A stretch of DNA of 63,496 nucleotides, the filler included, from Octopus bimaculoides (lineage: Eukaryota), in assembly GCF_001194135.2 (NCBI RefSeq). It is 3 parts of 3 records of this genome, joined end to end, with 100 filler letters (N's around TTAATTAATTAA, not from the genome) between each part and the next. Parts side by side here need not be neighbours in the genome. Positions count along the whole stretch, not along the records: positions 14,509 to 43,457 come from NC_068995.1; 2 more parts are not named here. The stretch is one strand, 5' to 3'. The notes beneath the pieces are model-generated. The model made no database searches. It was not told where the DNA came from and worked only from the letters and a program-made list of their open reading frames with translations. Each line of letters opens with the position of its first letter. Positions within the stretch are counted from its first letter, which is position 1. A program made the translations under genes and the position numbers. Positions 25,784 to 40,211 of the stretch are shown one piece after another.

Positions 25784-26594
25784 NNNNNNNNNNAAGAAAG
25801 AGAGAGAGAGGGGGGGAAAGAGAGCTTATGTGCACAATGACTGTCATAAGCATCATCATAACCATCGTAATGATAATGATGGTAAGGAGGAGAGAGATGA
25901 TGGCGCTGGTGGTGGTTGTGGTGGTGATGGAGGTAGCGACGGCAGAAAGGCCCATGGCAGCCAGAGCTGCGACGGTGGTAGTGGTAGTGGTTGTGGTTGT
26001 GGTTGTGATGGAGGTGAATAGGCATGGTGATGAAATGTTGGTGGTGGTGCTGGTGCTGCTGCCGCTGATGTTGTTAATGACGATGATGATGACGACGATG
26101 ACGACGGCGATGCGGCTGGTGGTGAATGGTGATATTGATAACATGGTGCTGTTACTGTTCCTGATGATGAAAATGAGGTGGCGGGAGAAGGGGAGGGGAG
26201 TAAGATAGTGATGGTCATGATGATGATGATGATGATAATGTTGATGATGGCGACGACGATCATGATGATGATGAGGAGGAGGAGGAGGAGGAGGAGGAGG
26301 GTGATGGTGGTGGTGGTGGTGGCGGCGATCGTTTTACTCTTTAATCGTGCTCATTAAATTTGTAATTGTCGTCTTCGTTGTTGTTGTTGTTTGGTTTGAT
26401 TTTCTAGATTTATTTCTTGCTTTCTTGTTTTCTTGCTACGGCTGTCGTCGTTGAAGTTATATTCGTTAATTCATTTGTGAGGATAATTTTGATGTCATCA
26501 TCATCATCATCAGCATCTTCTTACAGTTCTATATTTAAGAGATGAGGAATTATGTACATTATTTACATTGTTTATATTTGCCCACGGGCATATT

Positions 26595-27090
26595 GAATAA
26601 CAACAGAAAAAGATGGCATAGGCACACAGCAGAAAGGTCAGAGAAAATGAGAGAGTTACCATACTATGACACATGGCAATAAACACAGAGAAATTAAGGC
26701 TAATAGGCCGGATATGATTGTCAGAGATCATCATGAAAAAATTGCCTTCTAACCGATGTATCAATACCAACAGATGACAACGCTTATCTAAAAAAAGAAA
26801 AGCACTTTCAAAATACAAAGACCTGGAAATAGAGGTAACTCGAATCTGGAGTCTAAAAACAGAAAGAATTCCTATCATAGTAGGCGCATTAGGTATGATA
26901 AAAAAAATATTCAGACAAATACATAACAAAAACTCCAGGAGTAACAAGTATCTATAATATACAGAAAATTGCACATCCCGCGTAAAACACTTTCAATACA
27001 GTAACCATAAGAGCGTCACAACAAACCACAGCACATACTCAAGGCACACTGCGCTGCGCTCGGTTGTGCAGCAAAAGCACGTGATAAAAA
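26595..27090 (+). mobile_element. R4/Dong-like RLE LINE 3' fragment, copy 1 (degenerate)
   Basis: Aligns by eye along its length to the intact copy at 51481-51990; ends in (GAT)n. Confidence 0.85.
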
Positions 27091-27143
27091 TGATGATGAT
27101 GATGATGATGATGATGAGGAGGAGGAGGAGGAGGAGGAGGATG

Positions 27144-27175
<32 letters not shown>

Positions 27176-27186
27176 CGAGGATAATA

Positions 27187-27602
27187 CACGGGATATAGTT
27201 GTCAGCGATCACCAAGAAAAAAATGCCTTCTAATCGATATACCAATATCAACAGATGATAATGGATCTTCATAAGAAACGGAGAAACTCTCAAAATAAAA
27301 AAAAAAAGATTTACAAATAGAAGTAACCAGAATGTGGAGCCTAATAGCAGAAACATTCTTTATAATAATAGATAGATTAGGTATGATTAAAAAACATTCC
27401 GACAAATGCATAACCAAAATACCAGGATTCACGAATGCATATAACATGAAGAAAATATTACTACGAGGCACCGCACACATCCTACGTAAAACACTTTCAA
27501 TGCAGTGAAAATAAAAACACCACAACAAACCACAGCACGTAGCTAAGGCACACAGAGCTGCGCTTGGTAGTGCAGTGAAAGCACAGTATTAAAATAAGAC
27601 TG

Positions 27603-27606
<4 letters not shown>
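27187..27606 (+). mobile_element. R4/Dong-like RLE LINE 3' fragment, copy 2 (degenerate)
   Basis: GGATATAGTTGTCAG...AATGCCTTCTAAT...AAAACACTTTCAAT and the 3' UTR; preceded by (AAT)n and followed by (TAA)n. Confidence 0.85.
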
Positions 27607-27676
<70 letters not shown>

Positions 27677-27679
<3 letters not shown>

Positions 27680-27744
27680 CCAAGGCACACAGAGCTGCGC
27701 TGGGTAGTGAAGTGAAAGCACGTTATAAAAATAAAACTACTGAA
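27677..27744 (+). mobile_element. R4/Dong-like 68-bp extreme 3' end, copy 3
   Basis: TACCCAAGGCACACAGAGCTGCGCTGGGTAGTGAAGTGAAAGCACGTTATAAAAATAAAACTACTGAA between (TAA)n and (AAT)/(AAC)n. Confidence 0.9.
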
Positions 27745-27757
27745 CAATAATAATAAT

Positions 27758-27793
<36 letters not shown>

Positions 27794-28460
27794 NNNNNNN
27801 NNNNNNNNNNNNNNNNNNNNNNNNNNNNNNNNNNNNNNNNNNNNNNNNNNNNNNNNNNNNNNNNNNNNNNNNNNNNNNNNNNNNNNNNNNNNNNNNNNNN
27901 NNNNNNNNNNNNNNNNNNNNNNNNNNNNNNNNNNNNNNNNNNNNNNNNNNNNNNNNNNNNNNNNNNNNNNNNNNNNNNNNNNNNNNNNNNNNNNNNNNNN
28001 NNNNNNNNNNNNNNNNNNNNNNNNNNNNNNNNNNNNNNNNNNNNNNNNNNNNNNNNNNNNNNNNNNNNNNNNNNNNNNNNNNNNNNNNNNNNNNNNNNNN
28101 NNNNNNNNNNNNNNNNNNNNNNNNNNNNNNNNNNNNNNNNNNNNNNNNNNNNNNNNNNNNNNNNNNNNNNNNNNNNNNNNNNNNNNNNNNNNNNNNNNNN
28201 NNNNNNNNNNNNNNNNNNNNNNNNNNNNNNNNNNNNNNNNNNNNNNNNNNNNNNNNNNNNNNNNNNNNNNNNNNNNNNNNNNNNNNNNNNNNNNNNNNNN
28301 NNNNNNNNNNNNNNNNNNNNNNNNNNNNNNNNNNNNNNNNNNNNNNNNNNNNNNNNNNNNNNNNNNNNNNNNNNNNNNNNNNNNNNNNNNNNNNNNNNNN
28401 NNNNNNNNNNNNNNNNNNNNNNNNNNNNNNNNNNNNNNNNNNNNNNNNNNNNNNNNNNNN

Positions 28461-28498
<38 letters not shown>

Positions 28499-28504
28499 GT
28501 CATT

Positions 28505-28538
<34 letters not shown>

Positions 28539-28638
28539 ATTTGCTTCCGTTATATTAAAAGCCAAATCGTGAAACCCTATTTTCCTTCCTGTTGCTTCTC
28601 TGAAGGTTACCAAAACCTCTCTTTCGTTGCTATTATCG

Positions 28639-28688
<50 letters not shown>

Positions 28689-29448
28689 GCTGTGTTTGTT
28701 TCTGTTGTCATACCTCTGCTGTTTTTGCAGTTAATGTTGTTGTTATCGTTACAGATATTGATTGCACTGCTGCTGCTGCTGTTTTTCGTCGTTAACACTG
28801 TTACCAATATGGCTACCATTATATAACGTGGTATCCATTGTTACAATCTCAGTTGTTTTTAAATCGTTCTCACAAATGTTGTTGTTGTTGATAATCTTGC
28901 CAATGTTGTTCATGTCGTTATTGGTATAACTGTTATTACTATACTCGTTGTTGTTCTTATTGTTGTTATTACTGTTACCGTTATTGTTGTCAATATTATT
29001 TTCATTGCAATTTTTGTTGCCGTTGTTGTACTTGGAATTTCCTTTGTTAATACATATCCGTTTCAGTAACAAGTTTCTAAGGGGTCGATGCTGCTGTTAT
29101 TAGAATCAATCATATCACCTATTGTATCTCCAAGTTATCTCTGCAATCCACAAGCCTACACGTTGTGTGTGGGCGTACGAGGGTTCGTACCCAGTCACCA
29201 ACTTATTAGGCTTTTCAACATTTATACACAATACATGATTGCGCAGCTGCATTTAGCATTTTCACCCACGTTCTCAGAGAATAATGGTTTTAGTACTTTC
29301 TATTAGGGTTTTCACTTTGCATGTATGTAGACACACAGACACTCAAGCGCACACATTCGCATACATAAACGAATTAACGCATGTATTAACACGTATATAA
29401 ACACACTAACACATGTATGTGCATAAACATGAGCACATAAACGCATGA

Positions 29449-29489
<41 letters not shown>

Positions 29490-30739
29490 NNNNNNNNNNN
29501 NNNNNNNNNNNNNNNNNNNNNNNNNNNNNNNNNNNNNNNNNNNNNNNNNNNNNNNNNNNNNNNNNNNNNNNNNNNNNNNNNNNNNNNNNNNNNNNNNNNN
29601 NNNNNNNNNNNNNNNNNNNNNNNNNNNNNNNNNNNNNNNNNNNNNNNNNNNNNNNNNNNNNNNNNNNNNNNNNNNNNNNNNNNNNNNNNNNNNNNNNNNN
29701 NNNNNNNNNNNNNNNNNNNNNNNNNNNNNNNNNNNNNNNNNNNNNNNNNNNNNNNNNNNNNNNNNNNNNNNNNNNNNNNNNNNNNNNNNNNNNNNNNNNN
29801 NNNNNNNNNNNNNNNNNNNNNNNNNNNNNNNNNNNNNNNNNNNNNNNNNNNNNNNNNNNNNNNNNNNNNNNNNNNNNNNNNNNNNNNNNNNNNNNNNNNN
29901 NNNNNNNNNNNNNNNNNNNNNNNNNNNNNNNNNNNNNNNNNNNNNNNNNNNNNNNNNNNNNNNNNNNNNNNNNNNNNNNNNNNNNNNNNNNNNNNNNNNN
30001 NNNNNNNNNNNNNNNNNNNNNNNNNNNNNNNNNNNNNNNNNNNNNNNNNNNNNNNNNNNNNNNNNNNNNNNNNNNNNNNNNNNNNNNNNNNNNNNNNNNN
30101 NNNNNNNNNNNNNNNNNNNNNNNNNAATTGGAAGAAAGCCAACATTTTTGTGGTGGACGGGTATGAAGAAACCTCTAACAAACTAAATTTTCTAATTTAG
30201 GTATTACAATATTCAAAAATAGTTTTTAATACAATAGTAATCCTAAACAAGATTTATATATTTGTTTGTTTATCGGTTTTGTGTTACAAATGTGTTTTTA
30301 AACAACTCTTTTTCTTAAAAAGAATAAATAAATGGCAGCCACAAATGCAATTGTTAATTCGATGTGGGCGAAAACATGGCAGCGTAGTTAATATATTCGC
30401 TTTGAAATTAATTAGTTTCAGAAGAGAAGTCACAATTCACGTTGTATATAAACGTCACCTATTATCTTCCAGCGACAACCAGAGGTTTATCAGTAAAATA
30501 TGATGGGAAGAAATTGTGTAGGAGAGCCCCTTGTTTGTTAGTTGTGCACTTAATTTGTCGGTCATGCTTAAAACGGACACTTGGCTCTTGAATGAGTTTA
30601 GTGGAGTTCGCCCTGTTGCGATCAATCGGAGTGAGATCGCATTTCTATGGATAACTTCGTCCCAGAAGCACACTACATGGCTTCGGAACAAATAGGGGAC
30701 GAAGGCACAAAATATTCGGTATTCTTTTATTCTTTTCCT

Positions 30740-30854
30740 TGTTTCAGTCATTTAATTGCGGCCATGCTGGGGCACTGCCTTGAATGGTTTTAGTCGAACA
30801 AATTGACCCCAAGACTTTTTTTCTTAAGCCTAATAATTATTCTATCGGCCTCTC

Positions 30855-30855
<1 letters not shown>
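30740..30855 (-). mobile_element. SINE-like family B fragment
   Basis: GTTTCAGTCATTTAATTGCGGCCATGCTGG...TTATTCTATCGG; reverse complement of the 11725 type. Confidence 0.75.
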
Positions 30856-30934
<79 letters not shown>

Positions 30935-31090
30935 CGGACAAACAGGTAGACAGACAGATAGATAAAATAGAGAAACAAGAAAGGAAGAAAGAAAGAAAAC
31001 AGAAAGCAAGAAAGAATAAAGAAAGAAAACAGAAAGGAAGAAAGGAAGATAGAAACAAAGAAAGAAAAGAAAGAGTAAAAGAAAGAGTAA

Positions 31091-31126
<36 letters not shown>

Positions 31127-31379
31127 AAATAAAGAAAGGAAATACTGAAGATATCTCAGCATGTAGTCCATGAGAGAGATTTCATGGAGTAAATAAAAAT
31201 GGAAGAATACAACTGAGATTGTATTGCAACACACAGTTGCATTTTTTTCCCGTATTCCTTGCACGATTTGCATCAGTTGCATATTTCGAAATCTGTTACA
31301 AACTCCATGAATACAACTTCGTATGCGTGTGTATGTGTTTATGAGCATGTATTCATGCAACATCTATCTTTCAATCAAT

Positions 31380-31659
31380 CTATCTACCTATCGCTTTCAC
31401 TTTCTCTCTCTCTCTCTCTCTCTCTCCCTCTCTCTCTCTTTCGCTCCATGTTTCACTCTCCTCGTCAATTCCCTCTTTTAAAAGAAAGGTAAATACTTGC
31501 CGTGTAAAAGATATTTCCTTTCCCATCCCATTTCCTTAGTGTTAAACTGTTACGCTGTGTTTGTCTTTTACCTCGTCTATTTTGCACTATACATATATAT
31601 ATATGCGTGCGCGCTTGTGTGTGTATACGTATGTAGATATATGTATATATATATGTATA

Positions 31660-31726
<67 letters not shown>

Positions 31727-31846
31727 GCATATATATGCATGTGTATGTGGGTATATATATATATATATGTAAAGAGAGAGAGAGCGAGAGAGAGAGACAT
31801 ACAGACAGACAGGCGCATACATACATACATACAAACTGGCAGACAG

Positions 31847-31877
<31 letters not shown>

Positions 31878-31884
31878 ATCAGGC

Positions 31885-31967
<83 letters not shown>

Positions 31968-31970
31968 CGG
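31380..31970. repeat. Compound (TC)/(TA)/(GA)/(CAGA)/(GATA) microsatellite block
   Basis: Direct inspection. Confidence 0.95.
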
Positions 31971-32147
31971 TGTTGCTGGGATAGGGATTTCTGGTAGTTT
32001 CCTGTAGTGAGTTCCTCGTGCCTTTGGTGTTTTGGATCATGTGTACAGAAAGTTTTTAAATCGATTTTGCTGTTACTTACCAAACATCTTTTCATATCTC
32101 TTTGATGCTCTTGGAATCATGTACAGGGCACAGGCCTCCTATAGATC

Positions 32148-32225
<78 letters not shown>

Positions 32226-32336
32226 CGCCCTATGAAAACAAACTACGAGTCAAACAATGATATTGTATTTGAGTAATATCCCTCAAAACTGCTAGACTTG
32301 TGCCGAAATTTGAAATCTCCGATGCTAAATTCTCTT

Positions 32337-32546
32337 GGCAGAATCGTTAGTGTCGGACAAAAATATCTTGCATTATTTGACCTGGTTGTTTGCTGCTTTC
32401 TGAGTTCAAATCCCACCAAGGTCAACTTTCCCTTTTATCTACTAACGATCGATAAAATAAAGTAACAGTAAAATACTGGAGTCACTTGTATCGATTAAAA
32501 TTCCCCTTAAAAATCATTTGACTTGTATCCAAACTAGACGCCATTA
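32337..32546 (+). mobile_element. SINE family A, degenerate
   Basis: GGCAGAATCGTTAG, CTGAGTTCAAATCCCACCAAGGTCAACTTT, GATCGATAAAATAAAGTAACAG. Confidence 0.75.
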
Positions 32547-33780
32547 TCAATATACTCGTTGTTGTTGTTCTTGTTACGATTATTCTTATATACGCCTTAA
32601 GCGTTAATGATCTGTTTACTCCGTGGATCAAAACAATTCAGTCTGATAAACAGAGTTCATTAACAGTAAATTTCTATCTAATCGATTATAACAATTGTAA
32701 ATTCGTGCTAAAAAAAACTATTTAAAATTGCATATAAAGCTTATTTTGTAACATTTCAAAATAAACTTTACATTAAAAATATATTAAATAAATAAATAAA
32801 TAAATAAATAGAAGTGTTGATTAAATTCCCAAACTCAGTTAAGTCACGCAATATCGTTTTATTATATCACAATTTCCAAATATCATATATATGTGTGTGT
32901 GTNNNNNNNNNNNNNNNNNNNNNNNNNNNNNNNNNNNNNNNNNNNNNNNNNNNNNNNNNNNNNNNNNNNNNNNNNNNNNNNNNNNNNNNNNNNNNNNNNN
33001 NNNNNNNNNNNNNNNNNNNNNNNNNNNNNNNNNNNNNNNNNNNNNNNNNNNNNNNNNNNNNNNNNNNNNNNNNNNNNNNNNNNNNNNNNNNNNNNNNNNN
33101 NNNNNNNNNNNNNNNNNNNNNNNNNNNNNNNNNNNNNNNNNNNNNNNNNNNNNNNNNNNNNNNNNNNNNNNNNNNNNNNNNNNNNNNNNNNNNNNNNNNN
33201 NNNNNNNNNNNNNNNNNNNNNNNNNNNNNNNNNNNNNNNNNNNNNNNNNNNNNNNNNNNNNNNNNNNNNNNNNNNNNNNNNNNNNNNNNNNNNNNNNNNN
33301 NNNNNNNNNNNNNNNNNNNNNNNNNNNNNNNNNNNNNNNNNNNNNNNNNNNNNNNNNNNNNNNNNNNNNNNNNNNNNNNNNNNNNNNNNNNNNNNNNNNN
33401 NNNNNNNNNNNNNNNNNNNNNNNNNNNNNNNNNNNNNNNNNNNNNNNNNNNNNNNNNNNNNNNNNNNNNNNNNNNNNNNNNNNNNNNNNNNNNNNNNNNN
33501 NNNNNNNNNNNNNNNNNNNNNNNNNNNNNNNNNNNNNNNNNNNNNNNNNNNNNNNNNNNNNNNNNNNNNNNNNNNNNNNNNNNNNNNNNNNNNNNNNNNN
33601 NNNNNNNNNNNNNNNNNNNNNNNNNNNNNNNNNNNNNNNNNNNNNNNNNNNNNNNNNNNNNNNNNNNNNNNNNNNNNNNNNNNNNNNNNNNNNNNNNNNN
33701 NNNNNNNGATAATTGTAGTATCTTATATATAAATACATAATACACACACATACAAACATTCACATACTTTCCTTGTAGGT

Positions 33781-33825
<45 letters not shown>

Positions 33826-34094
33826 ATCGTTACTGATTGTGACAGCAGGTGTTGAACAGCACCTATATTTCCAGAAATAAGAGAAATCCCTTAAAGCTTT
33901 CAGGTGCATTGAACTCTGGATTGTACGCCTCTGTTGTGGGTTACTATGTGGTCTGTTGGAAGAGCTTCGTATGATAGCCACACGATTATATGAATCTATA
34001 TATTATAGTACATATGTGTATGTCTGTGTGTTGTGTGTACGTGTGCATGCTGTGCGCGTATGACTGTATGACTGTGTGTTTGTGTGTGTGTGTT

Positions 34095-34275
34095 TATATT
34101 TTTGTCTTTGATAACTGATGTCGGTTTGTGGCTTAGCGGGTCAGCAACAAATACCTATAGAAAAATTGCCACCCTTAAAAAAAAAAAATATGACATGGGG
34201 TTGCTTTATTGGACTACGTCTTCGAAGCGGTGTCCTAGCATGACTGCAGTCCTATAACTGAAACAAGTAAGAAAG
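34095..34275 (+). mobile_element. SINE-like family B, degenerate
   Basis: GCTTAGCGGGTCAGCAAC...CTAGCATGACTGCAGTC...ACTGAAACAAGTAAG. Confidence 0.6.
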
Positions 34276-34998
34276 AAAAGAATGTTCTTTAAAATGTTAT
34301 ACGCAACTCATGGACACAGAGCCGAGGCCTGCGGACGGCCGAGAGCTGCAAACACCAGGGTGTGAACTACTTCCTTATGTCGTGGCTCAATGTGGTAGAA
34401 ACTGTAGCCAAATTCTTCCAATTCACCCTATTTGAAATCATACAAAAATAGGATGGCCACATTCTATAATGTAGCTCTAGATATATTGTGTTTGAAATTA
34501 AATGACGAAAAGGTCGCAGCCAGAACGATATTTTGGTCCTAGTTGAGGTTGATTAGGACTGAGCTTGGATTAAACAGAGCTAATCAAAGATGAAAGTAAG
34601 AAAATAATTTAATCCACCGTTGCTTCCGCGACAAACAATCCTAATAATCTCAGTCAGAGACAAAAACTATTAAGGTGAGGTTTCTCGTTTTAATTGGCTG
34701 CAATACCTCAGTGCTATTTGGTCACCCGTACAAAGATAAAAGACCAGGCTGGTTTCGCACGGTTTGAACGCATAACTTCAAAAGAGCTGCAAACATGGAG
34801 ACGAAAGCAATTCTGAGCTGGCTAACGAATACTATTGTGCCACTCCACTGCTCCATTCATACGGAATCAAAATGGTGACATTAACATATGGTACTATTGT
34901 ATTCGAGCAAGTCACTATGCATACATTCATTTACATACGCACGCGCAAGCACACATACACACACGCCCACACACACAATATATATATATAAATATGCG

Positions 34999-35071
<73 letters not shown>

Positions 35072-36210
35072 CTGTGTATATATATATATAGATGGATAGA
35101 TAGATATGTATAAGTATATATTTCTATGTGTATATATCTGTATATATATATTAATATATCTATGTATGTATAGAGTGGGAGAGAAAGTGACAGAAATAGA
35201 TAGATACTTATTCATACATACGCGTGCTCACACGTACACAGATATCTAGAATATGTGCTAAATATCTATCTATCTATCTATCTATCTATCTGTCTATATA
35301 TATATATATGTATATATACATATATATGCATGTGTATATATATATATATATATATATATGTTTCTATATATATATGCAACACACACACACATATGCGTAC
35401 TTGTGTACATATTCATACACGTATGTCTCTGTATACGCATGTGCCTTGCAAAAATATGTGAAATCAAATGAAATTTCTGTATTTATTATTCTTTCAACTA
35501 AACAAGCATGAATACGATAGAACATGGCGTCAGATGTATTTCCGTTGTGTTTTATAAAAGTTTTTTTTTTCTAAAATAAAATACATGCAACGATATTTGT
35601 TTTTCTTGTATCGGGTAAATCTGGTTTTGACTGGAAATAAATTAAAATGAAATACCTTTTATTTTTTCCGTCTTATTCAGCTTCATTTCATTGCATTTAA
35701 TGTAAAATTCTATAAGCATAGATTCAGAAAATGTCTCGTTTTGATCCTGAAGGCGCCTATTTCATGTCTTTAGGCATTAATCTTGGCTATCACATGATAC
35801 CTGATTATCAGTTTTTATCTTTAAATAAGGTGACCGTTTATCTCTCTGCTTCACACCATCTTACTGTTTGGCCGCATGTTGTTATTGTTGTTGTTTAACG
35901 CTAGTCCAGGTTTTATGCATCATACTTATAACCAAACGCTTTCCATCCGTGTCACCGATGTCTATTTTGAAGAAGATTGCAGCATGAAATATATTATTCA
36001 ATATTTTTTTCCGAATTTTGTTTATATTTTAGAACTGTCGAGTGGTATTTATTATTCAGAGCTCAAATCACGCCGATCTCAAAATTGCCGTTCGTCCCTC
36101 TAGAGAGATAAATTTAGGTACCAGTCATGCACTTGAATCACTGTTATTGAGTGTTCTCCACGCCCACATATCAAGCTTTGTATCTATATTAGAAATATAA
36201 TTATCATTAT

Positions 36211-36689
36211 TGAATGAGAGAACAATGCATGTCATCAAAGTGACACTAGGGTAAAATATGCAAAGCACAGTATACCTCTCATGACTACCAGCCTGATAAG
36301 ACTACACCGGGTACATGCATCACAACCATATGAGCTCGACATGGTGATCTCATATCAATATAAACAGCGCATGACCTTGCGGATGGGGCCCAGTTCGAAC
36401 TTTCTTCGGGTTGAGTAGCCTATCCTGCTCAAAAGGTCCCTGAATAAAGGTTGTTTAAGAAATGTTGAACGAAACACCCATGTTTCCAGAGGTGAATTAT
36501 CCAAACCTCAAAGAATTCCTTTCAACACATGGCTATGATGCTCCCCCACTACTTCTGCGCGTGATCAGAGATGCACATATCGTCAACCACTAAGGGTCAT
36601 CCTCAACTGGTTAAGGTCAAACAACTGACAAGCAAATCTGTGGTATTAAGCAGAATATTTGCTGTAGCCCATCTTTTATACCAAGACAA
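36211..36689 (-). mobile_element. Unclassified interspersed repeat family G, copy 1
   Basis: Shares long near-identical blocks with 42062-42380 (e.g. GGTTAAGGTCAAACAACTGACAAGCAAATCTGTGGTATT). Strand is inferred from the TAA-like junction. Confidence 0.75.
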
Positions 36690-36693
36690 TTCT

Positions 36694-36990
<297 letters not shown>

Positions 36991-38159
36991 AGCATTGTTT
37001 TAGTTTAGAAATAATGTGGTTTTCGCAGCCCATCCAAATCCGTTGAAGTTGTGGGCATTATCCCTTTCCTTACAACTTGCTGTTCGGAAAAAAAAAAGGA
37101 TACGATGCGATAGTCCATATGGAATCTAGAGTGCATGGAAATGATATAGCTTTTGTGAGGTATTTGGCTGCTACATCCAGCATGTCAAGCAACTACATAA
37201 CAGATCCTTTATTCGTTCTTTCGATGTCATCACTATTAGTGGTTTAAGCTGTGTTTAACATAAATTAATTATGAGTAATTATTACTATATACGAGTTGTA
37301 TTAAACATAGTTTTTACACTAAAGCAGTTGTTACCATGAACAATTATTAATATTAAATGATACCGGAGTCCATAAACAACCTTGTCCGGATTTGTGGCTC
37401 GGAGGGAAACATTCTAGGTGCAATCCTATGGTCAGTCATGCCTGAAAGGAGTCTTTATCCTTTATCATCTCTCTCCCAATAAGCTTTTTCTCTTCTGAAT
37501 TTCTTGACTGTTGATGAAGAAAAAACGCTTGAAACGTTTAACTGCTCTTTTCTTATAATTGAAGGGTTAATGTTACACGTAAGCTAAGCTTTGTTCTTCC
37601 AGTGTTACCATTTATAATGCTTGTTGTTTTTACACCAGGAATTTGGGGAACCAGGTATATGCTATCTAAAAGCGACATGTGTAGCCTATTGTATTGCAAA
37701 AAACACATAATCGCCATTTAAATAATAGCAGCACAGTATCAAAGCTATACAGGCAAAAATGTGAAGTCTATTCTTGTCTTCATAAAATTACTCAATTATG
37801 CCTATGCCCATTTTATTTATGAAATTACCCAGTATTTTTGTTGCAAACAGAGGCAGATACTAAGATATACAGCCCAAAGCGATAACAAAGAAATTAAACT
37901 TTTTAACCTTAAAATTATTTACCAAAATTATGAAACTGCTAAGAAGCTAGATTCTAACTCCGATGAAATTCCATACGTAAATAGATACGGATATAATAGC
38001 GTGGTACTTATTTAAACATGTCTTTACAAAATTTTAGTGTGTATATATGTACAGTATATATGTATCTATGTACGTATGTATGCATATACATATATATGTA
38101 TATAAATGTATGTGTGTGTATAGATAATATATACATTTATATACATATATATATATATG

Positions 38160-38196
<37 letters not shown>

Positions 38197-39963
38197 NNNN
38201 NNNNNNNNNNNNNNNNNNNNNNNNNNNNNNNNNNNNNNNNNNNNNNNNNNNNNNNNNNNNNNNNNNNNNNNNNNNNNNNNNNNNNNNNNNNNNNNNNNNN
38301 NNNNNNNNNNNNNNNNNNNNNNNNNNNNNNNNNNNNNNNNNNNNNNNNNNNNNNNNNNNNNNNNNNNNNNNNNNNNNNNNNNNNNNNNNNNNNNNNNNNN
38401 NNNNNNNNNNNNNNNNNNNNNNNNNNNNNNNNNNNNNNNNNNNNNNNNNNNNNNNNNNNNNNNNNNNNNNNNNNNNNNNNNNNNNNNNNNNNNNNNNNNN
38501 NNNNNNNNNNNNNNNNNNNNNNNNNNNNNNNNNNNNNNNNNNNNNNNNNNNNNNNNNNNNNNNNNNNNNNNNNNNNNNNNNNNNNNNNNNNNNNNNNNNN
38601 NNNNNNNNNNNNNNNATATATATATATATATAAATCTGTGTGCACGTAGTCTTTCCGGTCTGGAAGCTTCGAAGTTAATGTTTAATAATTCACGTTTTGA
38701 GAAGTTTTCACAAAACTATTAACCGACATTAAATTTAATTCACGGCTCAACGAATAATTAGGCATTGAAAGATGTCTCAGTTCCATTTCTTTCTTCCCCA
38801 CATGAAACCAATATCGTAAATACACACACGCACACACGCGTGCAGACACACACGCGTGCAGACACACACAAACAAACACACACACACAAAAACACGCACA
38901 TATACCAACACATACACGTCTGCGTTGATAAGTGATACGTATATATATATGTATGTGTGCATGTATATTTATATGAATGTATGTATGTATTTACATCTGT
39001 AACTATGTATCTAAGTATGTATATACAGAAACACACGTCCACGCGTGCGCATATATGTAATCTATATCTTTCCTTATGTGACTTTAATATTTATTTATAT
39101 TTCAGTTCTAATTTAGGCTGTTTTGTATAAAATTAGTATTATAACTTTTTAATTAATTTTACACACACACATACACATGTAATGTATATATATATATATN
39201 NNNNNNNNNNNNNNNNNNNNNNNNNNNNNNNNNNNNNNNNNNNNNNNNNNNNNNNNNNNNNNNNNNNNNNNNNNNNNNNNNNNNNNNNNNNNNNNNNNNN
39301 NNNNNNNNNNNNNNNNNNNNNNNNNNNNNNNNNNNNNNNNNNNNNNNNNNNNNNNNNNNNNNNNNNNNNNNNNNNNNNNNNNNNNNNNNNNNNNNNNNNN
39401 NNNNNNNNNNNNNNNNNNNNNNNNNNNNNNNNNNNNNNNNNNNNNNNNNNNNNNNNNNNNNNNNNNNNNNNNNNNNNNNNNNNNNNNNNNNNNNNNNNNN
39501 NNNNNNNNNNNNNNNNNNNNNNNNNNNNNNNNNNNNNNNNNNNNNNNNNNNNNNNNNNNNNNNNNNNNNNNNNNNNNNNNNNNNNNNNNNNNNNNNNNNN
39601 NNNNNNNNNNNNNNNNNNNNNNNNNNNNNNNNNNNNNNNNNNNNNNNNNNNNNNNNNNNNNNNNNNNNNNNNNNNNNNNNNNNNNNNNNNNNNNNNNNNN
39701 NNNNNNNNNNNNNNNNNNNNNNNNNNNNNNNNNNNNNNNNNNNNNNNNNNNNNNNNNNNNNNNNNNNNNNNNNNNNNNNNNNNNNNNNNNNNNNNNNNNN
39801 NNNNNNNNNNNNNNNNNNNNNNNNNNNNNNNNNNNNNNNNNNNNNNNNNNNNNNNNNNNNNNNNNNNNNNNNNNNNNNNNNNNNNNNNNNNNNNNNNNNN
39901 NNTGCTTGTTTTGTTTTCCATTTATGTCTTTCGTTGTTCGAAAGAATAATTCATGTTCCATGA

Positions 39964-40211
39964 ATTGCAGCGTGGAAAGTGTCTATAAGCCATTTAAGAA
40001 ACACAAAAACCGTTAGATTCGCTTCAACATTTAAATTTAATTTGTCAAATTGACTGACAAAATTCTGTGCTGCACAGAAATTTGTCAGTAAACAGGTTGC
40101 GGTCTCAAAGCGACGAAAATATTTTGGCAAATTAAATTTAAATGTTGAAGTGAATCTAACGGTTTTTGTGTGTTATTTTAAATGGCTTATAAACACCTTC
40201 CACGCTGCAAT
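39964..40211. mobile_element. Foldback MITE forming a near-complete hairpin
   Basis: ~85-bp terminal inverted arms (ATTGCAGCGTGGAA...TTCCACGCTGCAAT) plus an inner 18-bp palindrome at 40053-40089. Confidence 0.9.
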
